64,000 nucleotides of DNA. Source: an uncultured Arcobacteraceae bacterium (GTDB lineage: Bacteria; Campylobacterota; Campylobacteria; Campylobacterales; Arcobacteraceae). The position numbers and the translations under genes were made by a program. Location: positions 313,819 to 377,818 of the forward strand of contig CAXHZO010000002.1 in NCBI GenBank assembly GCA_964022095.1, in the 5' to 3' direction. This document shows, in pieces, positions 50,593 through 60,522 of this stretch (its first letter is position 1; every line of letters begins with the position of its first letter). The notes below the pieces were generated by a model, which searched no databases, was not told the DNA's origin, and was given only the letters and a program-made list of their open reading frames with translations.

Positions 50593-51318
50593 ATGATAAT
50601 AATCCCAGCAAGATTAAATTCTAGTAGATTTGCTAATAAAATATTAGTAGATATTTTAGGTTTACCAATGGTAATAAAAACAGCTAAACAAGTTAGTAGT
50701 TTAGATAAAGTAGTTATTGCTACTGATTCACAAGAAGTAGTAGACTTAGCTTCACAACATGGTTTTGATGCAGTTATGACTTCAAGTGAACATCAAAGTG
50801 GTACAGATAGAATCAACGAAGCGGTAAATAAATTAAATTTAAATGAAGATGAAATTATTATTAATGTCCAAGCAGATGAACCTTTTATTGAAACATCTGT
50901 TATTGAAGCTGTTATAAAAAGAGTTGAAAAAGTAGTTGAAAAGCAAGAGGATGTAATGATTACATCTTGCTATAAAAATATTAGTTCTGAACTTGCAGAT
51001 GATCCAAACCATGTAAAAGTAGTTTTAAATGAAAATTCAAATGCAATTTATTTTTCAAGAGCTAAAGTACCATACCATAGAGACCACTACGAAAATGCTT
51101 CATATCATGGTCACTTAGGAATTTATGGATTTACTAAAAAATCATTAAATGAATTTTGTTCATTAAATCCTTCAAGATTAGAAAGTTTAGAAAAACTAGA
51201 ACAATTAAGAGCCTTAGACAATGACAAAACAATTGCTATGGTAGAAGTACAATCAAAATCTTTTGGAATTGATACCCAAGAAGATTTAGATAATGCATTA
51301 AGAATTTTTCAAAAATAA
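50593..51318 (+). CDS. kdsB: 3-deoxy-manno-octulosonate cytidylyltransferase
   Basis: IIPARLNSSRF.NK, SGTDR, EKLEQLRAL. Confidence 0.95.
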   Translation: MIIIPARLNSSRFANKILVDILGLPMVIKTAKQVSSLDKVVIATDSQEVVDLASQHGFDAVMTSSEHQSGTDRINEAVNKLNLNEDEIIINVQADEPFIETSVIEAVIKRVEKVVEKQEDVMITSCYKNISSELADDPNHVKVVLNENSNAIYFSRAKVPYHRDHYENASYHGHLGIYGFTKKSLNEFCSLNPSRLESLEKLEQLRALDNDKTIAMVEVQSKSFGIDTQEDLDNALRIFQK

Positions 51319-51416
51319 TCATTTTTTTCCCTTAAAATAGATTAATATGAAAATAAAGTAATTTTAAAGCTATTTTATGGAAAACTATTAATAATTTTTT
51401 ATGGGTTAAGGTTATT

Positions 51417-53393
51417 ATGCATTTTGATATACAGGTTGTTCTTTCAGAATTAAATAAAGTAGAAAAAGCTTTTGAACATGTAAATAAAAACTTTACAAAT
51501 ATTACTTTGAATTTTGAAAATGACAAAGAAGAAATAATAAAAAACTTATCAGTTGTTGATTTATTAATTATTGATCTAAATTATCCTAATTTAGACTCAA
51601 TAGTTAAATTATATGAAAAATCAGATAAGTATATTTTGTTTTTAGGGAATAAAGATCGAAAGAAGACTATCTCTTTTGATATAGAAAAATTTGACTTTAT
51701 GGATATACCTATTGACTTAGAAGAATTAACATTAAAAATAAAAAACTACACAAATCTTTTAGACAATCATCTACTACTAAAAAAAGAACAAGAATTATCA
51801 AACTCAATTATAAATAGTATTTCTAACCCTATTTTCTTAACTGATAATAATAGTTTAATCTTTGCAAATGATTTTTTATATAGACTTTTAGGACTAAATA
51901 GTTTAGAAGAAATAAACAAAAAATATAAAAATATTTCAGAAGTATTTGTAGATAAAGTGGGTTTCATATCTCCTAATAGTGAATATCTAAGTGAAACATT
52001 AGAAAATGCAAAAGTTTGTATATTTGACATGGAATCAAAATGTAATAAATACTTTACATTTCAGAAAATATTTTTAACTCATAATAATACATATATTATT
52101 ATCTTAAATGATATAAGTCATGAAATAACCCATAAGCAAGAACTTTATCATCTATTATATACAGACAATTTAACAAAACTACCAAATAGAGCGAAATTAA
52201 TTGATGAGCTTCAAAATAAAAGTATACACCTTGAATCAATTGCTATATTAGATATAAAAGCATTCAAAGAAATAAATGACTTTTTTGGTCATAAAGTAGG
52301 TGATTATATTTTAAATGAAATCGCACTTTTAATTAATAATTGTATTAACAAAGAGTCTATGAATTTGTATAAATTCCCTTCAGATACATATTGTGTAACA
52401 AATACAGATAATGATAAAGATGCCTTTATTGAGGTCATAAAAAAGATAAATGACATTATTTATAAAAAATCATTTTTGATAGACCAACATGAAATAGATA
52501 CTAGAATTACAACAGGTATCTCTTTTTCAAATAAAAACAATAAATTAATAACAGCAGACATCGCTTTACAAAGTGCAAAAAAAGCAAATAAAGATTTTGA
52601 AATTTTTTATGATCAATTAGATAAATTCCAAGAGTATGAAAATAATATGCTTTGGACTAAAAAATTAAAAAATGCATTTTTAAATGACAATATAGTAGTT
52701 TTTTATCAACCTTTAGTCAATAATACCAATTTACAAGTGGAAAAGTATGAGTGTCTAGTTAGAATGATTGATGAAAAGGGTGATGTGATTTCGCCATTCT
52801 TTTTTTTAGATATATCAAAAAAATCCAATCAATACTCTAAAATAACAAGAACTGTAATTGATAAATCATTTAAGCAATTTGAAAATCTAGACTTTGAATT
52901 TTCTGTTAATATTTCATATGAAGATATTGAAGATACTGGATTTTTAGAGTTTATCAAAAGTAAATTAACTCAATATAATGTTGCAAATAAAGTTGTTTTT
53001 GAAATTTTAGAAGATGAAAATGTTAAAAACTATGAACTCTTAATTGAGTTTATTAAAGAGTTAAAAGAACTTGGATGTAAAGTTGCAATAGATGATTTTG
53101 GATCTGGATACTCAAATTTTGAGCACCTACTAAAAATGGAAGTAGATTATTTAAAAATAGATGCATCATTAATAAAAAATGTAGCTATAGATGAAAACTC
53201 TTATAAAATAACAAAGACTATTATTGAGTTTGCAAAAAGTTTAAATCTAAAAACTATTGCTGAATACGTTGAAAATAAAGAAATTTTCGAAATAGTAAAA
53301 GATTTAGGAACAGACTATTCTCAAGGCTATTATTTCTCAGCCCCTATTAAAGAACCATCTTTAACAAGTTTTAAAAAGATTTTAAATGATTAA
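51417..53393 (+). CDS. c-di-GMP phosphodiesterase-type protein (degenerate REC/PAS/GGDEF plus EAL)
   Basis: GGDEF replaced by FPSDT; EAL reads ECL; DDFGSGYSN intact. Confidence 0.88.
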   Translation: MHFDIQVVLSELNKVEKAFEHVNKNFTNITLNFENDKEEIIKNLSVVDLLIIDLNYPNLDSIVKLYEKSDKYILFLGNKDRKKTISFDIEKFDFMDIPIDLEELTLKIKNYTNLLDNHLLLKKEQELSNSIINSISNPIFLTDNNSLIFANDFLYRLLGLNSLEEINKKYKNISEVFVDKVGFISPNSEYLSETLENAKVCIFDMESKCNKYFTFQKIFLTHNNTYIIILNDISHEITHKQELYHLLYTDNLTKLPNRAKLIDELQNKSIHLESIAILDIKAFKEINDFFGHKVGDYILNEIALLINNCINKESMNLYKFPSDTYCVTNTDNDKDAFIEVIKKINDIIYKKSFLIDQHEIDTRITTGISFSNKNNKLITADIALQSAKKANKDFEIFYDQLDKFQEYENNMLWTKKLKNAFLNDNIVVFYQPLVNNTNLQVEKYECLVRMIDEKGDVISPFFFLDISKKSNQYSKITRTVIDKSFKQFENLDFEFSVNISYEDIEDTGFLEFIKSKLTQYNVANKVVFEILEDENVKNYELLIEFIKELKELGCKVAIDDFGSGYSNFEHLLKMEVDYLKIDASLIKNVAIDENSYKITKTIIEFAKSLNLKTIAEYVENKEIFEIVKDLGTDYSQGYYFSAPIKEPSLTSFKKILND

Positions 53394-54711
53394 TAAAGAA
53401 ATACTAAAAACAATTACTATTCTTTATGTTGAAGATGAAGATGATATTAGAGAATTTACAAGTAAAATTTTACAAAATCTTACTGCTAAAATTTATTGTG
53501 CTTCAAATGGTCAAGAGGGCTTAGAAACTTACTTAGAACATCAAGATAAAATAGATTTAATAATTACAGATATTAATATGCCAAAAATGAACGGCCTTGA
53601 TATGTGTGCAGCTATTAGAAAAGAAAATAAAAAAGTCCCTATTGTGGTAACTACAGCTTATAGTAGTGAGGATTTTTTAAAGCAATCTATTGAAATTGGA
53701 GTAAATGCATATGCAATGAAACCAATAGATTTATATCAATTAATTGAAAGTATAACTAAAGCTGTTGAGCCTATTTATCTACAAAAAGAATTAAATAGTT
53801 TGAATAATCATTTAGAAAAAAATATTGAAAAAGAAACAAATAAATTAAAATCAATTTTAGATTCACAAGATAATATAATTGTACTAACACAAAATCAAAA
53901 TATCGTAGATGTAAATAAAAGGTTTTTAACATTTTTTGGATTAGATTCTATTGATGAATATAAAGACAATTGTGTAAATATTCTTAGTTTAGTTGAACAA
54001 GATTATGGCTATATCACAATTGATAAAATAAAAGATAAAAACTGGTTTGAATATATAAGTGAACTACCTGAAATAGATAGGGTTGTCAAAATAAAATCAC
54101 TTACAAACAATGATAGAATTTTTTCTGTAAATTTAAATACATATAGTACTAATAGTGATTTTTTTGTTTTAACATTAACTGATATCACAGAGATAAAAGA
54201 AAGAACTAATCTTTTAGAATACCAAGCAAGTCATGATAGATTAACTGGTTTATTTAATAGAGTTAAATTCGATGAAATTTATCCAAAAGAGTTTTCTAGA
54301 GACAAAAGATACAACAATAATTTAACTGCAATTATGTTTGATATTGATGACTTTAAAAAAGTAAATGATACTTATGGACATGCTGTTGGAGATGATGTAC
54401 TAAGAGAGTTAGGCTCATTAATTCAAAAAAATATTAGAGAGTGTGATATACCAGTTAGATGGGGTGGTGAAGAATTTTTAATTTTATTACCACAAACTGA
54501 TCTTTTAGGAGCGCAAACAGTAGCAAGTAAAATCAAAACATCTATTGAAAAAAATATTTTTAGTAGAAAAGAATTAAATATTACATCAAGTTTTGGTATA
54601 TCACTACTTAAAAAAGAAGATTTAAAAGATGAAATGATAATAAGAGCGGATGAAGCTTTATACGAAGCGAAACAAAATGGAAAGAATCAAATTAGAATCA
54701 AAGAAGATTAG
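53386..54711 (+). CDS. Response-regulator diguanylate cyclase (REC-PAS-GGDEF)
   Basis: VEDE, TDINMP, RWGGEEF, RxxD I-site (RECD). Confidence 0.92.
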   Translation: MINKEILKTITILYVEDEDDIREFTSKILQNLTAKIYCASNGQEGLETYLEHQDKIDLIITDINMPKMNGLDMCAAIRKENKKVPIVVTTAYSSEDFLKQSIEIGVNAYAMKPIDLYQLIESITKAVEPIYLQKELNSLNNHLEKNIEKETNKLKSILDSQDNIIVLTQNQNIVDVNKRFLTFFGLDSIDEYKDNCVNILSLVEQDYGYITIDKIKDKNWFEYISELPEIDRVVKIKSLTNNDRIFSVNLNTYSTNSDFFVLTLTDITEIKERTNLLEYQASHDRLTGLFNRVKFDEIYPKEFSRDKRYNNNLTAIMFDIDDFKKVNDTYGHAVGDDVLRELGSLIQKNIRECDIPVRWGGEEFLILLPQTDLLGAQTVASKIKTSIEKNIFSRKELNITSSFGISLLKKEDLKDEMIIRADEALYEAKQNGKNQIRIKED

Positions 54712-54712
54712 T

Positions 54713-55435
54713 TTAAAAACTAAAATCTTCTCCTAAATAGTGTTCTCTAACTTTTTCATTATTTTTAATCTCTTCACTAGTACCACTTGCAAGTAAAGCA
54801 CCAGCTTTCATAACATATGCTCTATCACAAATTTCTAATGTTTCTCTTACATTATGATCAGTTATTAAAACACCAATATTGATTTTTGTTAATTGATTAA
54901 TAATTTCTTGAATATCTTTAACAGCGATTGGATCAACTCCAGCAAAAGGTTCATCTAGTAGTAAAAACTTTGGCTGAGAGATAAGTGCTCTTGCAATTTC
55001 TGTTCTTCTTCTCTCACCACCTGATAAAGAAACACCTTTTCTTTGTCTAATTGGTTCAATATTAAATAACTCAAGTAGCTCTTCAACTCTTTTGTGTTGT
55101 TCATCTTTATCTTCAGTTACAATTTGTGCTGCTAACATTAAATTATCTTCAACAGATAAATCTTTAAAAATTGAAGACTCTTGAGGTAAGTACCCTATTC
55201 CTTTTAATGCTCTTTTATGTAAAGGAAGAGTTGTAATATCTTTATCATCAAAAAATATCTCACCACTACTTGGCCTTACAAGTCCACAAACTGTATAAAA
55301 AGTAGTGGTTTTTCCTGCCCCATTTGGCCCTAGTAAACCAACAATTTCTCCAGAATTAACTTCAAGAGATATTCCATGAAGGATCTGTGTTTTTTTTATG
55401 TTTTTTGTAATATCAACTATTTTTAAATTATGCAT
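54713..55435 (-). CDS. lptB: LPS export ABC ATPase
   Basis: [40 protein letters not shown]. Confidence 0.96.
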   Translation of the reverse strand: MHNLKIVDITKNIKKTQILHGISLEVNSGEIVGLLGPNGAGKTTTFYTVCGLVRPSSGEIFFDDKDITTLPLHKRALKGIGYLPQESSIFKDLSVEDNLMLAAQIVTEDKDEQHKRVEELLELFNIEPIRQRKGVSLSGGERRRTEIARALISQPKFLLLDEPFAGVDPIAVKDIQEIINQLTKINIGVLITDHNVRETLEICDRAYVMKAGALLASGTSEEIKNNEKVREHYLGEDFSF

Positions 55436-55844
55436 CTATTTTATATAGCCTTTTATTGTCTAATTTTTCTATTTGTACAACTATAACTTTGTATCCATAT
55501 TCATCTAAAATCTTTTTTAGTTCATCATTTCCCCACTCTACAAAATGAATACCCTCTTTTTCAAACTCTTCGAGCATACCTAGGGATATAAACTCGCCTA
55601 AAGTTTTATTATACACATCATAATGATAGATTTTATCACTATATACTGCTTGTAGCGAAAATGTAGGAGAAGTAACTAAATCATCTAAACCTAAATTTTT
55701 TACAAAATTTTTAACTAATGTTGTTTTTCCACTTGCTAAATCACCTTTTAAAATTACAATAGTATCATCATTATTTATTTGTTCATTTAAATATTTAACT
55801 ACTGATGTAATTTGATTTAAATCTAATTCAAAACTTTTTGACAA
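55428..55844 (-). CDS. tsaE: tRNA t6A biosynthesis ATPase
   Basis: [19 protein letters not shown]. Confidence 0.93.
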   Translation of the reverse strand: MSKSFELDLNQITSVVKYLNEQINNDDTIVILKGDLASGKTTLVKNFVKNLGLDDLVTSPTFSLQAVYSDKIYHYDVYNKTLGEFISLGMLEEFEKEGIHFVEWGNDELKKILDEYGYKVIVVQIEKLDNKRLYKIDA

Positions 55845-55852
55845 ATTTAAAC

Positions 55853-56836
55853 CTATGATAACTGATTAGATACTTTGATTAATTCATCAAGTTTCTCTTT
55901 AGCTTTACCACTTAAAATTGCATCTTTAGCTATTTGTATACCTTCTTTTATATCTCTAGCTTTTTCATCAACAACTAAAGCAGCTGCTGCATTTAATAAC
56001 ACAATATCAAGTTTTGCACCAACTAATTTTTTAGATAAAATATCACTTGTGATTCTTGCATTAAATTGAGCATTACCACCTACAATATCATCTTTTGAAG
56101 CCATTGGTATTCCATAATGTTCTGGATTTATTTCAAAATCTTCGATTCTTCCATTAAATAAAGATGTAGCATAAGTTATATCAGAAATAGAGATTTCATC
56201 CATTCCATCATTTGATGAAACTACTATTGATCTTTTTGTTTCTAATAGATCTAACGCAGTTGCAATCTTATTTATATACGATTTATCAAAAACACCAATT
56301 AACTGTTTTGAAACTGTTGCAGGATTTGACAATGGTCCTAAAATATTAAATATTGTTCTATGTGGAATACTTTTTCTAATAGGCATGATATATTTCATAG
56401 CAGGATGATGATTTTGTGCGAACATAAAAGTAAAACCTGTATCTTCCAACATTTTTGCACTATTTTGTAAAGATATATTCAAGTTAATACCAAGTGCTTC
56501 AAGCATATCTGCACTTCCAGACTTGCTAGTAATACTTCTATTACCGTGTTTTGCTACAAAGCAATCACAAGCTGCAAGTAAAATAGAAACTGTAGTAGAG
56601 ATATTAAAAGAGTTTGATTTATCACCACCTGTGCCACAATTATCAATTATTTTTTCTTTTAAGTCATAATGAACTGGTAAGGGAATTAAATGATCTCTCA
56701 TAGCAGAAGCAGCTCCTGCAATTTCAGCAGCATCTTCTCCTCTTTCGTAAAGTTCAATTAAATATTCTCTAACTTCATCTTGAGGTAATCTGTTTTCAAA
56801 TATATCATCAAATTTTAATTTAGTTGTATTAAACAT
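55853..56836 (-). CDS. trpD: Anthranilate phosphoribosyltransferase
   Basis: CGTGGD, FNIST, KHGNRSITSKSGSAD, FNILGPL. Confidence 0.95.
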   Translation of the reverse strand: MFNTTKLKFDDIFENRLPQDEVREYLIELYERGEDAAEIAGAASAMRDHLIPLPVHYDLKEKIIDNCGTGGDKSNSFNISTTVSILLAACDCFVAKHGNRSITSKSGSADMLEALGINLNISLQNSAKMLEDTGFTFMFAQNHHPAMKYIMPIRKSIPHRTIFNILGPLSNPATVSKQLIGVFDKSYINKIATALDLLETKRSIVVSSNDGMDEISISDITYATSLFNGRIEDFEINPEHYGIPMASKDDIVGGNAQFNARITSDILSKKLVGAKLDIVLLNAAAALVVDEKARDIKEGIQIAKDAILSGKAKEKLDELIKVSNQLS

Positions 56837-57088
56837 TTATTCTCCTATCTTTTTTACGTATTCATCCATTTTTGATTTTGGTGTTGATTTTGTAGTTGGT
56901 ATTTGTAAGACTTCAAATTTATCACTTTTTTCAAGATATTTTATTTCAATAATATCTCCAACTTTTACTTCTTTAGCTTTTTTCACACTTTGGTCATTTA
57001 TAAAAACAACTTTGTGCTCAAGCATATCTTCAGCAACTGCTCTTCTTTTAGTAATATTAACTGCATTTAAAAATTTATCTATTCTCAT
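56837..57088 (-). CDS. S4-domain RNA-binding protein (Hsp15/RqcP-like)
   Basis: MRIDKFL...KRR.VA...VKVGD. Confidence 0.88.
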   Translation of the reverse strand: MRIDKFLNAVNITKRRAVAEDMLEHKVVFINDQSVKKAKEVKVGDIIEIKYLEKSDKFEVLQIPTTKSTPKSKMDEYVKKIGE

Positions 57089-57095
57089 AATTAAG

Positions 57096-57101
57096 ATTAT
57101 A
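57096..57101 (-). promoter_or_regulatory. -10 box for the S4-trpD-tsaE-lptB operon (probably leaderless)
   Basis: TATAAT 7 nt upstream of the ATG at 57088; no SD sequence. Confidence 0.5.
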
Positions 57102-57125
57102 GCTTATTTTAGATAATAACCTATT

Positions 57126-58232
57126 TTAAGCTATCCCAACCCCTTTGATACAATTTTTGTTACAAAATACATCTATTTTATTATCTTTAAATTGTAATAA
57201 ATCAGAATGAATATAATTATTATAAGTTGATACAAGCATTCTTATATCAGCATGACCCAACCAATAACTAATCTGATTTAAATTGAAATGATTACTTTGT
57301 AACATATTAGTTGCGAAAGTATGCCTAGTATTATATAAAACTCTTCTTTGTAATTTTAGTCTATCTAATAAAGGATACCATTCATATTTAGCTAAATTAC
57401 TATTTTTAAGATATTTACCTTTTTTAGATAGAAAAACATTCTTTTTTAATCCAGTAATCTTTTTTTGTTGTTTTAAAAAAGGCATTAAACTATCAAATAT
57501 AGGAACATATCTAATATTGTTAGTTTTTGTTGAACCTTCATAATTTTCAAATCTAGTTTCGCAAACACAAATCTTTTTATTTTTTAAATCTACATTATGC
57601 CATTTAAGTGCAAATAATTCGCCAACTCTCATACCACTATAAAAAGCAGTTGCAAGAAAATTTTTAAAGAACCCATCTGAATTAGATAATATATAATTAA
57701 CTTCATTTACTGTAAAAGGCACAATTTCTTTACTATCATTATTTTTAGGAACTTTAATATTATCACATGGATTAATATTAATTGCTTCATCTAAAAGAGC
57801 CTCATTAAAAATATCTCTAAAAATAGAAAGATAATTTCTGAAAGTTAAAGATTTAATATTTTTTGAAAACAAGTAATTTTTAATATCACTTGATTTAATT
57901 TTATTTATTTCAATAGAACCAAAATGAATATTAAATCTGTTTACACTTGTTTCATATCTTCTAATAGTATTATATTTTAAAAACTTTTTAGAATTTAGAA
58001 ACAAATTACTATAATAAGAAAATGTTTTAATTTTATCTTCTTTATCTTCTACAATAATTTCACCATTTAAAATTTTTTGTCTAAGATAAGGAAGAACCTC
58101 ATTTTTAACTATATCAAATTCATCATGTAAATATTTAGTTTTTTTTACTAAACGATTGCCATTAACTGATATATTCAGATAAAGATAAGGGCTGTTTTCT
58201 CTTTTGAAAACTGTTCCTTTGGATACCTTCAT
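57126..58232 (-). CDS. Tyrosine recombinase/integrase
   Basis: SGMRVGEL (R), YNTRHTFA, LGH, TY catalytic residues; ATG 58232 follows AAAGGA. Confidence 0.92.
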   Translation of the reverse strand: MKVSKGTVFKRENSPYLYLNISVNGNRLVKKTKYLHDEFDIVKNEVLPYLRQKILNGEIIVEDKEDKIKTFSYYSNLFLNSKKFLKYNTIRRYETSVNRFNIHFGSIEINKIKSSDIKNYLFSKNIKSLTFRNYLSIFRDIFNEALLDEAININPCDNIKVPKNNDSKEIVPFTVNEVNYILSNSDGFFKNFLATAFYSGMRVGELFALKWHNVDLKNKKICVCETRFENYEGSTKTNNIRYVPIFDSLMPFLKQQKKITGLKKNVFLSKKGKYLKNSNLAKYEWYPLLDRLKLQRRVLYNTRHTFATNMLQSNHFNLNQISYWLGHADIRMLVSTYNNYIHSDLLQFKDNKIDVFCNKNCIKGVGIA

Positions 58233-58413
58233 TTTTATTAATTCCTTTCTTTTGTGTAAGTAAGAAGTTAATAGCTTTATCACTAAATCTAATCTTACCA
58301 GTACCATACTGAAAAAAATGAATATCTTCTTTCATATCTTTTTTCTTTTTATAGATTGTATGAATAGATAATTTAACTATTTTTGCTAACTGTTGAGTTG
58401 TATATAATTCCAT
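58162..58413 (-). CDS. Excisionase-like HTH protein
   Basis: LYTTQQLAKIVKLSIHTIY MerR/Xis-like HTH directly upstream of the integrase. Confidence 0.65.
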   Translation of the reverse strand: MELYTTQQLAKIVKLSIHTIYKKKKDMKEDIHFFQYGTGKIRFSDKAINFLLTQKKGINKNEGIQRNSFQKRKQPLSLSEYIS

Positions 58414-58416
58414 TTT

Positions 58417-58659
58417 TTATACCCTATTTTTACATTTAATATTATTAGCTAATCTAAATAAGTCACCTTTAAAATGATTAGAAGAGAAATTAATGAAATT
58501 AACATTATTTAAACTATTCTCCAATGCGTTAAAAAATTTAACTACATTTCGACAATTATCTGAACAATAAGTTTTAGGCTTACCTCTAGTAAATCTATTA
58601 AATTTAGTTCCACATAAAGGACAAGTAGTATTGGTACCATTACCTTGAGAATTAGACAT
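58417..58659 (-). CDS. Phage small Zn-finger protein
   Basis: CPLC...YCSDNC; ATG 58659 follows AAAGGA. Confidence 0.65.
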   Translation of the reverse strand: MSNSQGNGTNTTCPLCGTKFNRFTRGKPKTYCSDNCRNVVKFFNALENSLNNVNFINFSSNHFKGDLFRLANNIKCKNRV

Positions 58660-58690
58660 ATCAATCCTTTTTATTAAATAAAAAAATAAA

Positions 58691-59017
58691 CTAAAATAAT
58701 GAAGGCTGTAAAGCTTCAATAACTTCTAAAGATTTAAAATTTATTTTTTTTCTTTGTTTTTTTAAATCAATAACATAAGACAAAGGTATATTTTGTAAAG
58801 ATAATTTATAATCTATATTTTCAAGTTTATCTTTAAGGCTATCAACTAAAATCTTCTGTTGCTGAGTATCTTTAATTACAATTTTTTCAATATCATCAAT
58901 ATTTATCTCTTTAGATTTACCATTAATACCTATTCCAATTATAATATTTTGAGATACAGAAACTACACTATAATATTTACCTTTTGATTTAATAGAATCA
59001 TCTTTATTTATGATCAT
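58691..59017 (-). CDS. Phage hypothetical protein
   Basis: ATG 59017 follows AAAGGA; lies in the prophage gene string. Confidence 0.55.
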   Translation of the reverse strand: MIINKDDSIKSKGKYYSVVSVSQNIIIGIGINGKSKEINIDDIEKIVIKDTQQQKILVDSLKDKLENIDYKLSLQNIPLSYVIDLKKQRKKINFKSLEVIEALQPSLF

Positions 59018-59116
59018 TTTTAATCCTTTCATTTGTAGCCGTTTAGCTAACATATTGTTTTATTTTTTTGTTGTGTCGGGCTAACGCCTTACACTCCGTT
59101 ACAGTTGTTAAAAGTA

Positions 59117-60409
59117 CTAGAAACCTAATTGTTCTATTGTTTTAGCTACTTTTATAGTTTTAAACTCCCCAGTTTCTAAGTCTATATACTCTTCATTCTC
59201 ATAATGTACATAGTTGTTTAATGATTGTGTTTCATCTTTTAATAATTCTCTTTTTATCATTTCATTTTTTACAAGCTTAAAATGTGGGATATCTAAAGAG
59301 TTATAATCAGAAGAAACTAGAGTTTTATAATAACTTTGTAATTGATAATCTTTTAATACAGAAGGGATAACGGGCATTAAAACGAATTTTGAATATCTAT
59401 CAGAATAAATATATTTTTCTACATCAGATACAAAGCAAGTAAGGGCATTTTTATATTCTTTTTTCTCATACTTTAATTTAAAAGTAGTATTAGTTTTTAT
59501 TCGAGATTGTAATATTAAATCTGTATTTTTTTGCCAAACTGTAATATCTTCAACTTCGCCAGTTTCATGGTTGAAAAACATATATGATAATGTTGTACCT
59601 TCAAAAAGTTTATGTATTTGACCAGTTTTTACAAGTTCAGTTACTTTGATATAATCATGTTTAAAATTCTTAAAAAAGTGTCTAACTTTTCGATAAATTG
59701 AAAGAGGTGCTAAAGTACGAGAACATAGAAACCTTCTAACATTATGTTTAATATACCAATAGTAAGCGTGTTGTGTAGATTCGTCATTCTCATTTTTAAA
59801 AGTTTTAGTGATGTATTTCATCATGTATGCAATAGCTCCACCTTCACTGTTATACCATGTATATCTAAAGTCAATAGATTTTTTATTATTACCCCAAGTG
59901 TTTCTATCTGTAAAGTATGAGTAAAACTTCTTTTTAACTTCTAATATATAATCTGTAGGTAAAAATAACATAGCATGTAAATGTGGAACACCACTTTTAT
60001 GCGGTTCATAAACTCTAAAGTAGACAAGACCATGTCCTAACTCTTTTTTGATTTTTCTAAATACATTAAGACCAGTAAATCGATTAAAAATCTGTGTAAG
60101 TTCTTTTGCAGTCTCATTTGGTGAAACCCTTAAATGTCCATTAACATTTAATTTGTGATATTTTGATGGAGCAGTAAGAGTAATAAATACAGGTTTTAAA
60201 TCTAAACTTTTTGAATATTCAAAAATTGAATTAACTCTATTGTTCATCTCAGCAAAATATTTTGTAGGGTTTAAATTTGCAGAATAAGTAAAATCTAAAA
60301 CATTTTTATTATCATCACCAAAATCAAAAAATCTATTAACTAAATATTTCTTTTGATTCTCAATTTTCATATCTATTATTTGCATATCTTCTTTTGTAAT
60401 TCCGTACAT
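59117..60409 (-). CDS. Rolling-circle replication initiator (HUH endonuclease, phage gene A-like)
   Basis: FITLTAP motif 1, EPHKSGVPHLH motif 2 (HUH), YMMKY motif 3 with two Tyr. Confidence 0.88.
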   Translation of the reverse strand: MYGITKEDMQIIDMKIENQKKYLVNRFFDFGDDNKNVLDFTYSANLNPTKYFAEMNNRVNSIFEYSKSLDLKPVFITLTAPSKYHKLNVNGHLRVSPNETAKELTQIFNRFTGLNVFRKIKKELGHGLVYFRVYEPHKSGVPHLHAMLFLPTDYILEVKKKFYSYFTDRNTWGNNKKSIDFRYTWYNSEGGAIAYMMKYITKTFKNENDESTQHAYYWYIKHNVRRFLCSRTLAPLSIYRKVRHFFKNFKHDYIKVTELVKTGQIHKLFEGTTLSYMFFNHETGEVEDITVWQKNTDLILQSRIKTNTTFKLKYEKKEYKNALTCFVSDVEKYIYSDRYSKFVLMPVIPSVLKDYQLQSYYKTLVSSDYNSLDIPHFKLVKNEMIKRELLKDETQSLNNYVHYENEEYIDLETGEFKTIKVAKTIEQLGF

Positions 60410-60448
60410 TTCCGTCCTTTGTTTTTTATTACATAACTATTTTAAAAG

Positions 60449-60516
60449 TAATCAAGGGCAAAGTGTTTGCGTGGACGTAGCCACGCTTCACACTTCGCCA
60501 TATTAGGGCGATGCCC
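60449..60516 (-). promoter_or_regulatory. Putative phage double-strand origin / packaging hairpins
   Basis: GC-rich nested inverted repeats and CTTGAT (minus strand) between pIV and rep. Confidence 0.55.
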
Positions 60517-60522
60517 GACTTT

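Noticed and set aside
146-55875. Short antisense or shadow ORFs starting at 146, 7005, 7788, 10327, 12736, 17290, 22272, 22593, 23477, 26981, 28654, 31845, 38594, 40277, 48071, 51332, 51767 and 55875
   Set aside because: They overlap well-supported genes on the opposite strand and show no motifs.
55853-56836. trpD outside a trp operon
   Set aside because: Dispersed trp genes are ordinary in this lineage and there is no sign of mobility.
58233-58307. Longer integrase N-terminus given by the ORF track
   Set aside because: It lies inside the Xis-like gene; the ATG at 58232 has a clear RBS.
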